Origin: Dimorphilus gyrociliatus
Lineage: Eukaryota > Animalia > Annelida
Direction: 5' to 3'
NCBI GenBank assembly: GCA_904063045.1
Contig: CAJFCJ010000006.1
Span: forward strand, 4,604,408 to 4,668,407
DNA length: 64,000 nucleotides
The notes under the pieces were generated by a model, which saw only the letters and a program-made list of their open reading frames with translations, was not told where the DNA came from and did no database searches. Positions 51,819 through 63,043 of the stretch are shown here, one piece after another. A program made the position numbers and the translations under genes. Position 1 is the first letter of the stretch; the number at the start of each line of letters is the position of its first letter.

Positions 51819-54800
51819 ATGAACGAATCGAAACGGCAGCAAATGTTCAACACTTTCCAATCTTGGGCATTACAAAATTATGGAGATTCTGGTAAAACTA
51901 AGACAGTTACTCTGGCTAAGTACGCAAGAATAGCAAAGATTCTCAGTGGAGAGGAAACAGCAACATCGGAGAATTCGAAATTTCGATTTTGGGTAAAAGC
52001 TAAAGGTTTCAAATTAGGCAGAGACGGTTCAACTCAGATTCTCTATATACCAAGTAAATCTACTGTAAGTACCGTTTGTCTTATCATTCTATCTATGCAC
52101 AATTCTATCCACCTAGTCCCTTCTCTCTCTGTCGCTCACTCTCTTTTCCCTTTTACCTACCTACCTTTACCTACCTGCCTATCTTTTATACTCTCTCCCC
52201 GTCCTTATTTCTCTCTCTCTCTCTCTTTCTCTCGTTAACCTCTTATTTTTCAATTTTACCTTCGCTCTTTTTCTCTGTTTTTCTCGTAATTCTCATTCTA
52301 GTTTATATATATATTCTCCTTCATTCACCTCACTTCTCCCTTATTTCACGCGCGGACGTCCGGAGGCGTTACACCTGAGCGTGGAGAGAGGCCTTGAAAG
52401 ACGCTGCATACATGCAGCGGATCAATTCATCGATGGGACAGCGCCGCAACGGTACCCGGAGCTCTCTCTCGCGCGCGGCAACAATCAGATTAGCCGAAGC
52501 GTTAATTAGCGTTTCGTGTAGGCCTAGACAAAGAGACGCCATTGGCGCGGACACGCCCTGCGCCATCAAATGCAAAAACGCCACACCCAAAACGTTGAGC
52601 GTGCCGGGCGCTTTGTCCGGCCTCGGGCGTAGCCGGCTCGTTAGTAGTCGACGCTCATCAAAAGTCGACGATCGTGCCGGGCGACGAGATACCGATTTCA
52701 CGGAGAGACGCTTCGAAGCAACTATCTGATGCACGCATGTACCTGCCTACCTACTGTCTTCTTGCTAAGTCGAAAGTCGTGTTAAAAAAGGTGCCGGAGG
52801 CTGTCTGCAGCCCACGACCCGTCGGCCGGCTAATAGACGGCGCGCTTCCGGTGCGTCGAGAGACGCCTTTTGTACGGCGAAATGCGGCGATGCGCCTTTG
52901 ACAGATATCCTGAATACCTGCGCTCTGTTGAACATCAAAGGGTGATGCCGATGGCTACTTGACCGTAGCTTCAGAGACGCCGCGCCTTTCTATTGTCGTG
53001 TATACACATAGTCGTTGAGACCTGCTAGCGTCTACGGTAGTCATAGCGACGCCCGGGTCGGAACACAGCTTCGTGGGACGCCCAACGCTTTGAAGACTCC
53101 GTAGTCACGCACTAGGCGTCGAGTTTCGAGCGGCCGTCGCTTGTTTGGCGTCAATTAGGCCTGCGACTACTTTGTTTGGTTTCGGCGCTTACGCGCACAG
53201 ATTTTTCTTTTCTTATACCTTTTTCTAGACGCCTGGACGGTCCGCACTCGTCCAAAATTCAATTAAGATTATATAGGAAGCCCTAGAGATGACGAGACGC
53301 GGCTTCCGGTCGATTTGCGACGGTCAGCCAGAGAAGAAGAGTGTATGCATAAATAACTTGGACAGGAAAATAGTGAACTACAGAGATGGGGAAAAGTGGT
53401 AAACAAAAAGAGAAAAGTAAAAGAGAAAATATTTTAAGCGAAAGAGAGACATCAAGAGAAATAAGTAGATAGATAGATAGATAGATAAAGAGGGAGAGGG
53501 AGAAGGAGAAGGAGCAAAAATAAAGATACACTGATATAGAACAGGATAGAGAATAAGAATAGGAAAGAAACACAGCCAGGGAGCAAAAAGGAGGGAAAGA
53601 GAAAAAAAGAAAAAAAAAGGAGGGAGACTCAGAGAGAGAGAGAGAGAGAGAGGGAAAAAAGAAACGCCGCGAGCGTCGAGCCACCGGTATCGGACGTTGA
53701 TCCGCACCGAACGAGACGCCCACCGGCAGCGTCTAAGCAGGTACTCGTTCGCCAATTACCGTCATCGATCCGCAGCGTCCAACACGTGAATGCTTTGATT
53801 CGGTTGGGGGAGACGCCCCACTCACCTTTAGCCCTTTCGGCCTTAAGCCCGTCCTCGGCGTAGGGAAAATAGCGCATTATTTTCCCACAGCAAAGCCGGT
53901 ACCGTCTAATATGACAGTAATGACGGCCAGTGTCTACGGTGTCCGTCGACCCGGTTGGTGCTAATTATTCGAATAAACAAATTAATTTTTCTTCGAACAT
54001 TCGTATCTTGGAATGAATAAGACTATGTTTTATAAGGTGAATTATGAAATATATAAACACACAGAGTATAGATTTAATAATAGACTAAATAATTATTCAT
54101 TTTATCAATGTATTTTTCTGATCTACGTAGAATGACCGACAGGAAGTAACAAGTTACAAAAGAGTAGCTATAGTTGAGGATTTCTTCGATATAATCTACA
54201 ATGTTCACGTTGAGATGGACGGTCGAGCTGGAAAACACGCCGGTCAAAAGAGAACTTATAGAGCGGTAGGTGACGCTTTTTCTTCATTTTTTAATTTCCA
54301 TTATTTTTTAGATGCAGTATACTGTACACTCAATATAACGGTCCGTAATATATCACATAAACTGTATATAAAAGATATAGGAAAACGAGTATATGTATTA
54401 AACTATAGATAATATTTTCGCATACGGTCTGAAAAATTTTGCAGTATAATATACATAATAGGTTTGTATATGGTTGAAGAGAAAATCTGGAAAAAATAGC
54501 ATTTAGATTCCCAAGCCAACTCAAAACCTTTGAACTAATACTTTTTTAAGGTTCAATATAAAATACATATATATATATATATCACTGTATATAAACAGTA
54601 AATATACAACACCTATAGATATACATAAATATATAAGAACCATATATTTATATATACCAATATAAACTAGGTGTTTATTATATTACAGGAACATCTTTTA
54701 ATACGTTACAGTTTTATTTTACACTCTCTAAATTTTTATTTGTGTACACATTGAAAATTTTTTTACTTATTTGTACATAGTGTCTATATTTTGTATGTGT

Positions 54801-55749
54801 TACACTAGGCCTATATATCCATCTTATATACTTTGCTTTGGAAAGGCTTAAAACTCGTTAATATCCCAATTTTTCAATCCCCTCCCAACAGATTGCCGAA
54901 ACTTACGCCTTTTTGCCTCGGGAGGCCGTCACTCGATTTTTGATGGCCTGCTCCGATTGTCAGAAGCGTATGCACGTCGTCGGCGGCGCGGAAAACGGCG
55001 GGAAGGAAAAAACGCCGTCTACCGTTCGTTCTGACGCCTACAGCAAATACCATAACGAACCCGTTCGACGTTTAACGGAAGAAAATCTTAACGAATTCGC
55101 CAAGGACGCTAAATTATCTCAAATCTCCGATCCAAACGTACCTTTTACATTGGCCTATCTTAATGATCAAAAGCAAAGAATGATGAGACAAGCCGTGTTT
55201 CCCGGCATGGTGCCCGCTTTAGGAACGAATAACACTGGAAATATTTACAAAACTGAAGAGGTACGTATCATTTTTCCTATTATTTTCATTCAACAAGAAA
55301 CCTGCAGGAAGATGACAAAAAAGAAAATAACTAATAATAATAATATGCTCAACCGCAAAATCTTGATCGCTTTGCGCCATTATCGAATATCTAAAATATA
55401 TATACATAAATAGGCCTACAGTTATAAGAGGTGAACGACGTAAGAAAAAAAAATTAATAGAGAGACTGAGCGCCATGCAGTAACATATTGCAGACATACG
55501 CAGGTATATGTATATATACGTTCTATTGCAGTCGGGGCGCGTGTAAATTTTGCAGTGGACCGCCGTATAGGTATCGATCCGTTCGTCGCAGGTAAACGAG
55601 TGTGGAAAATTTTCTGCTTACTTTTTTTTTTTCCAAACTATATTTGTTGGGCAGACTAAACAATTATTTTTTCTATGTTAACTTTATTTTTATTCTTATA
55701 ATTCCTTCGGCCTATAACTAGTCCTTAATCTATAAAGATTTTTTAACTC

Positions 55750-55786
<37 letters not shown>

Positions 55787-58202
55787 TCTCTTTTCTGGTT
55801 ATATTATATCTATGTCTTTATAGCTTTTAATTCATCTACATTTATTTTCATATGAAAAAGTATATGCGTACTTCTCTCCATATTTTTATTTATTTACCTA
55901 AATAATAATTACTACATGTATCAATATGAAAAGGGCTTGAAATATAAATATGTCTATGTATATATATATATATATATATATAGACACTGTATATACTTTA
56001 TATTGGATATATACAGTATATTTATATAAATATATTTATCAATCTATACTACTGTATATATATTACCAAGATATCTGAAGAGAAGTATTAACAATCTAAT
56101 AATCGCATGCATTTACTTTTTATATTCTGTATTATAAAGTATATACAATGTATGTACAGATATTACTCAAATTAATATATCTATATACATATATATGAAT
56201 GTATATGGAGTTACATATATAGTATATACAATATACATATAGTATATACATTTAACAAATATGAATATAGTTGGCTGTTTTTTATCGCTTGGCTTCTATC
56301 CGAAAAATCGTTTAAAATTTCTATTTTTTCCTTCTCTCTTCCAAAATGATTTGAAAGTTAGAAGCTTATTTACTAATAACCGTAATAAGCTTATGTATTT
56401 ATTGATATATAGTGTGTATTATAAAGCGGTCTGTTTTCTACCATGCAGGAAAGTATGTCTACCATTGAAAGTTGTGACGATAAAAGCCTTGTGAACTGTA
56501 ACAGTCCTCAGATCGATGATAAGATAAATACGGGACAGCAGAATACCGCATCGAATTCAGGTATAAAAGTGACTTTTTCTATTATTAATATCAACTCTCA
56601 TAACTTACTCGTTCATAAATTCAGATACGCCATCTGCCGAGAATAGTAGAACTCCAACGCCAGTTAAGTCGCCACCTACCAGCCAAAAGCCATGTAAGAG
56701 AAGAGCAAGCGATGAAATTAGCGTTGATGTTTGTATCATAATTAATCAATTTTACTTCAAAAGCAATCGAAGCGTCGTTTCTGGTTGCTTTTTTTCTGAA
56801 TCGGCCTTCATTCTACTTCCTTTCCTTAATAGAGCTCGTCAAAAGCGAGTGAAGCTACTCTTACGCTAGAAGAAGAAGAGGAGGAGGAAGAGGAAGACGA
56901 AAAACTATGCTCGTCGGGCATAGATACACAAAGGCTCAAAGCATTCAACGTAATTATTAATATTATAATATGTTGTATATACTACCTATCCTATAATATA
57001 TAGACTTTCTTAGCATAAACCTCTAGTTATATAGTTAATTGTGTGTTTTTTTTATGAAACCCGGTGCAGATGTTCGTTCGTTTGTTTGTCGATGAAAACC
57101 TTGATCGATCTGTACCAATATCGAAACAACCAAAGGAGAAAATCCAAGCCATTTTGGAAGCTTGCCAACGTCAATTTCCGGAATTTCAGGACCGTTCAAG
57201 AAAACGAATTAGAACTTATTTAAAATCCTGTAGACGACTTAAGCAGCCTAAAGATAGCCGTATGGATTTAGTAAGATTTTTCGTCTATAATTGAGCGCCA
57301 TCTATACTTTATAAGGTGTATCATAATAATGTTTTTCTACGTCCTCTTTCAGATGCGACCCGGTCATCATTTAGTTTCTCCGGAAGCAGAAAGCCTTTTG
57401 GCACAAGCATGCGAGAATGAAGCAAATAATGCAAAACGAATGAGAATGGGATTGGATCCGATTTCGACAGCGGTAGGTTCCCTTTCTCCCGCTTACCCAT
57501 CCATTCAATTTAATAGTCTCAAAGGACATAAAAAAGGCGCCAGATCAACCCTCCTTAACTTCACCTCCCCAGCGAATACTCATTACTTTTATAATTTAAT
57601 ATTAATTTAAAAATAACTTCTTTCAGCCTCCTGTCTCTCAATCCCTTCACACCTCGTTACCTACGGCGACAACGACCACAACTTTAGCAACAACTACAGC
57701 ATCAATTCAATCAATTACTCAAAATTCAACTCCATTTATTCAAGCCGACTTCTCGTCACCATTTTCAACGGCTTTTCCTAATAATTCATTCTTTCGACCG
57801 CCATTTAATGAGTTTTGTCCACCTTCGCAGAATTCACTACCCTTTCCAATTCAAAACGGTAAGAATTTTAACATTTTCTTTCAACTACTAAAACTTTTCA
57901 ATTAACTCAATTAATTAATTATTATTCAACACTTGACCATAAATAGACTATATAATTAACATCTAATTGACATAAAATGAAAGGGTACAAATAGAAAAGT
58001 AAGATAAATTGATAAATTATTCATAAACCACCTTTTCATTAAAGGACCAACTGATTTATCGTTGAAAAGAAACTCAAAACGCTCTCTTACATCTCCCGAA
58101 GTAACTACCATAAAGAGTCTGGTTGCGGGCTATAGAGAATCGGCAGCTTTTCTGGCAAGATCAGCCGACGAATTGGAGCAATTACTTTTCCATTCAAGCT
58201 AG
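51819..58202 (+). CDS. NOL4: Nucleolar protein 4 / NOL4-like. Exons 51819-52064, 54131-54265, 54892-55260, 56449-56560, 56625-56728, 56833-56949, 57070-57270, 57353-57472, 57627-57858, 58045-58202
   Basis: [19 protein letters not shown]...[32 protein letters not shown]...[74 protein letters not shown]-terminal [23 protein letters not shown]. Confidence 0.95.
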
Positions 58203-59327
58203 AAGAAGTAAAATGTCCAGTTTCATCGAAGAAAGAGTTATTTATTTATATATATATATTTATATATCTAGGATATACACACAAACACACAAAATTCAAC
58301 ATTATACAAGTACATTTTATGTAATTAGATTTATCGGAAAGTTACACTTATAAGCGATTTCCTTATACATAACATATCATAAAGAATTATGTATAGAAAA
58401 TTAAAGCAATTGTATATATTAATTATAAAAGCAGAACCAATTTTAAATATTTGAAACAATGATTCACATCAAACTTGTTGTTTTTGTTGTTGGGATTAGG
58501 GTGTTCTAGTGGTCCAAATCGTTATGTTGTATGAATTAAAATGAGTCAACATAAAATGACGTAATAAAAGCAATTCATTTATATCGATTTATTTATTTTC
58601 TTTTGTTGAAAAATACGTACATTTACGTACATACAATTTAACGTTCAAAGTGAAATGGAAACGCGTCATTAAAATCACCAGTGAGAGCAAAAATCCCGCT
58701 GCGACCGGCCATTCCATTTAGCCGCAAGGAAAAAATCGTTGCGCTCATTTTTCATTCGCCCGCTCGCTCCTTTGAATGTAAAAAACGTAAATCTCAACAT
58801 TTTCGTTATAGTCTATGCAGGTGTGACTTCGACCGTGGGGGTAAAAGAGAAAGAGAAAAAAAAACCACGCGATGGCGTTCTCTTTCCATCACTACTGGGA
58901 CTATCTATACACCATTGCTTATTGTCCCTTCAATTCCCACCCTACGAACAGATGGATAAGGAGCATAAGGGCGTGGCGATCGACGGTGCGAATTGATTCG
59001 AGAGAGAAAAATGACACTCTGATATAATTTATTTTTTTTTACGGAACTTTATTTTATTCCAATATATACGTGTATATAATATTCTTTTATAGCATTTAGA
59101 AGGTCGGATAATTACAGGCCTAACAGGTAGCACGCTGTGTTGGATGAATGAGTCGGCAAAATCGAACTATTATTCCACCCAACTTTTATAATATGAAACG
59201 AAAACCCCTTTTTTTCATCAACTCCTTTTTTTGTTCTGGTTCTAAGCTTTTCTTCCTCATTTCTTACTCTTTCGTCCTCAATAATTTTATAACTTTATTT
59301 ATTATTATTCTATTTCTTTGATAGCCT

Positions 59328-60925
59328 CTAATAGGAAAGAATTCCTAATTCTCTCGATCTAAAACGAAGAAGCGAATCTTGCATATCTGCTGAGTTGTTT
59401 ACGTAGGCTGTTCCATTCCAGGGATTCCACTGGTCAACTACTGAATTCGAGGGTTGCGGAGGGGGTGGAGGTGGATGATGATGATGATGTGGGGGAGGTG
59501 CCGAAAGATAAGGATTTGTCACTGTTGGCGGCGGTGGAGGTGGGGGAGCAGACGTCGGTGTAAAATAGTTAGAATATACTGATGGAGCGGGCCATTGGGA
59601 GCCGACCTGTTTCCTCCATCTTGCCCGGCGATTGCTGAACCATACTTGAACTCTTGCTTCGCTTAATCTAGTTCGTTGGGCTAGCTCCTCCCTGGTATAG
59701 ACGTCAGGATAGTGAGTCCTTTCAAACGCTGCCTCTAATTGTTCTAATTGACTAGTTGTAAAAGTTGTTCGTGATCTCCTTTGTTTTCGTTTAACAGTTA
59801 AACCAGGTTCCGATTCGACTGAAACCTCATCTTCGGCTGTAAAAAAATGTACTCATGTTTATAAAGAAAAAATACGAGAAAGGGGAGGGAGGGGGTGAAG
59901 TAGTAATAAAAAGTTAGAAAAAGGGTCGAACTTCATTAAACGACTGGTGTTGTTTTGCCGCTGGCTACGCACACTTAAAGGTTTCATTTCATTATAGAGA
60001 GAGTTGGCGGGCAATTCCGAATTGCAAACACCTGTGTATCTATTTTGTAGGGCGATAAGAACTAACATTCTCTTATCAAACTCGAATCCCCCAAGTCGTT
60101 CACTTCAAAGGAGGGACGCGGCTAGGATTTGTTTATAGACGCGCGCCTTGACAAACGAGCTAATTGCTATAAGTTATTCGCCTATTCACTTTCAAGAATA
60201 AGAGTGATAACATTGATTACGAGATCTCTTTTTCAGTTGATTGATAAACAGCTAATCGGTTTTTTTTTAAAACCTATTGATACTGACCTTTCGCATCGAT
60301 TATAGTTTCACGTTGAGTACGGAGAATATCGTCAATAGAATGACTAACTTTATCAGACGATTCTTGATTATGACGAAGAATTCTCGATACCGAAGAGACG
60401 CTTGGAACTGTGTTCTTATCGCAAACTCCATCTTTTATGAGTTTTTCACGTATTTCACAGCTGTAAAAATATCTTAATGAGTTTTTTTTATCCTATTTAA
60501 CTTTTACCGTTTTTATGAGTGAAATGATACACTTTTAACTTTCAAACTTGTATAAATTATTGTGATTGTAAATATCTTACTAATTCTCTCACTCTAAACG
60601 ATTTATTTAATTACCTAAACATTCCAGGATTATCCTTTTTATACCTTTGAATTGTCTGCTCCACAGCTGGTGTTGCTACACGAGGACGAGATCCTCCTAT
60701 TGCTCCGGGCCGAATTGAACCAGTGTCGTGGTATCTCTGTAAAATCTTACTAACACATCCATGGGACACACGCAATTGCCTTGATATGACGCATGGGCGA
60801 ACTCCTGCAGCAGCTAATTCGACAATCTTGAGTCGAATCGAATTCGGTAATGGACGTCCGTTGATAAAAACCCCTCCTAACTGGTTGACTCTTCCTTGAC
60901 CTGCCGTGTAATTCTTTTGTTCCAT
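59328..60925 (-). CDS. Pax3/7: Pax3/7 (paired domain, octapeptide, S50 homeodomain). Exons 60925-60615, 60460-60288, 59836-59328
   Basis: [19 protein letters not shown]...[21 protein letters not shown] (VRPC here), octapeptide HSIDDILR, homeodomain [12 protein letters not shown]...[40 protein letters not shown]. Confidence 0.96.
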
Positions 60926-61005
60926 AACGAACGGTGGTGTACGACAAACTAAACCGTTTCGCGTTCTAAACGCATAATTTATTTGAGAGCAAAGAGCCGA
61001 AGCTG

Positions 61006-61064
61006 ATTTGCATTCTTATCGCGATACGGTTTAGGTTGCTTTTGAATCGCTTTGATATGCAAAT
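61006..61064. promoter_or_regulatory. Two octamer (POU) sites in opposite orientation upstream of Pax3/7
   Basis: ATTTGCAT at 61006-61013 and ATGCAAAT at 61057-61064. Confidence 0.4.
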
Positions 61065-62891
61065 TTAGCTTATATACCTTCAATAGATGGATAAACCGAG
61101 GGTAGGATAACGGGTAAGGCTAGAGGTAAAATTCGTCTGAGTGCCTCATTTTGGGCTGAAGTTGGTGAAATTGAAGATCTTGTTGTTATGATATCTGCTT
61201 TCGATTCGGACGACATCCTTGCTGTCAAACTAAATGCACAATTCAGGCAAGATAGTCTTTTTCAGTTTTCTTAAAAGACCAATTATACAACGCCTGTTCA
61301 TTGGGTGAGGACTACAAAGAGGCGATAGCTAATTGGCCAATGAACGTCCAATCACTTACTGCCCTTCGCATGACATTTGAAATTTTGCGCTTTTATATGC
61401 CGATTTAGTGGCGTATTTTTCGCCTCCCCAGTATGATATTCCTAACCTATTGAACAGTCGAATCGCGTGAAATAGACTTTCGCTATGCGGTTCTACTTAG
61501 AATAGGCTGCCTTCATCTCCAGGTGTGTTCGAAGTCAAGGGAATTTTTCTACTGTTGTCATATATGATTAATTACTCTTCACCACATTCAAGGAACCTAT
61601 GTTGGCGGATCGTGTTCATCGTAATTGTTATTATATACTGAATTAAAAACTTTATATTTTATCTTTGAATAACGAATAGTTTATTCCCATTGAACAAGAA
61701 ATTATCCATTTCTTTTGGTGTATATATTCGTCGTTTAAATGTGTTTATTGTATTAAAAAAGTAATAAAGAGAGTATATAATTAAAAATTTACAAAAGTCG
61801 ACTAGTCTTACGTCACACGATCCGACAAGAAAAAAAAAGAAAAGGGAAATGTGACGACGCGAATCTGTCGCGCACGCGTGATCACGCCTTATCATTCATC
61901 TAATCTAACGAATAGGAAAGAATCACTTAATCGTAAAATTTCCCGCTTTTAGATAAGATCTTAGACCCCGAGACAGACTATTACCTCGATACGTTAGATA
62001 AATATTGATTCCATTATTATTAACGCGTTAAGTAATTTTCTATAAGAAAAGTTTCGAATTCCTGGGTTGTCAGGCGCCGTTTACCGTTTACAATCTCGTT
62101 AATTATGTAATTAGGCCGATAGACTAGTCGGAAGACGGCGACAACTATCCGACCACATGGGGCGTTTCTATTGCCGTCTCGCTTCATCATTTTGCAATTT
62201 TTCACCATAATTTTCTCACTAGAATAACTCGATGGAAATTGCTAACGTATTTTTTTTTCAAAGCAATCTTCATCATCTGACCGTAAAAAACGTTCTTTTC
62301 TCTCTTTATTCTTTCTTTTTGTTTATTCTCCCATAGCTGTTTTTTAATTAGGAGAAGCGAGCCGTGCATCACCACCATTTTCATGCTCTTTGCCTCTTCC
62401 GTAAACAATACATCAGAATTTAGTTATTCTTCTTATCATTTAAGTCCTGTGTTAGTAACTTGAATTTCATAAGAAAAAGAAAAAAAATACGTTCAATTGT
62501 TGTATAAGCAAAACGACTTGATTGTTGTGCCTTCACGCGCCTATGACCCGAATGAAAAACTACAGCAAGAAAGATTCTACGCCTGAACGATTGATGATGA
62601 TCTTTCATTGATCTAAGAGTTCTTTTAATAGATAACTTTCTTTAAGAAAAAATTCTAAATTACACTCTGCCCTACCATTTTAATCTCTTAGAGCTTTTTT
62701 TATTTTTCCGCTCCAAGTGTTATAAATTTAGTAAACTTCAATTATCTTTTTTGGCCCTATTATTGAATATTTACAGATTTAAACCGTTTTCAATACGAAT
62801 AGACTGACACGAACCTAATGTATCGCTATTAACTTCTATTTTTAACTTTACATTCCCCTAATTGGTTAATCAACTTTTACGAGCGTCGACG

Positions 62892-62897
62892 TATAAA
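62892..62897 (+). promoter_or_regulatory. TATA element at about -30 of the 5S gene
   Basis: TATAAA starts 30 nt upstream of the 5S start G. Confidence 0.55.
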
Positions 62898-62921
62898 TAG
62901 CCACAAATGTCTCTACCTATT

Positions 62922-63040
62922 GTATACGGCCATACGACGTTACAAGCACCGGTTCTCGTCCGATCACCGAAGTTAAATGACGTACGGCCCAGTCAGTACT
63001 TGGATGGGAGACCGCCTGGGAACACTGGGTGCCGTGTTCT
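62922..63040 (+). rRNA. 5S: 5S rRNA gene
   Basis: GTATACGGCCATAC...CACCGGTTCTCGTCCGATCACCGAAGTTAA...AGTACTTGGATGGGAGACCGCCTGGGAACACTGGGTGCCGTGTTC. Helices pair by eye: ATACGGC/GCCGTGT, CGACGTTA/TGACGT(A)CG, GCCCAGT/ACTGGGT. Confidence 0.95.
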
Positions 63041-63043
63041 TTT
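63040..63043 (+). terminator. Pol III oligo-T terminator of 5S
   Basis: TTTT directly after the 3' helix I strand. Confidence 0.75.

Noticed and set aside
52369-52901. Overlapping 75-121 aa ORFs on both strands in NOL4 intron 1
   Set aside because: Arg/Ser/Ala-rich with no family motif, as expected from high GC; treated as regulatory DNA.
62020-62208. Minus-strand 62-aa ORF containing INEIVNGKRRLT, which resembles the HigA/XRE antitoxin HTH motif
   Set aside because: The upstream LAxxLGV helix and the downstream ALRL helix do not match, there is no partner toxin, and several frames here are open. Most likely chance.
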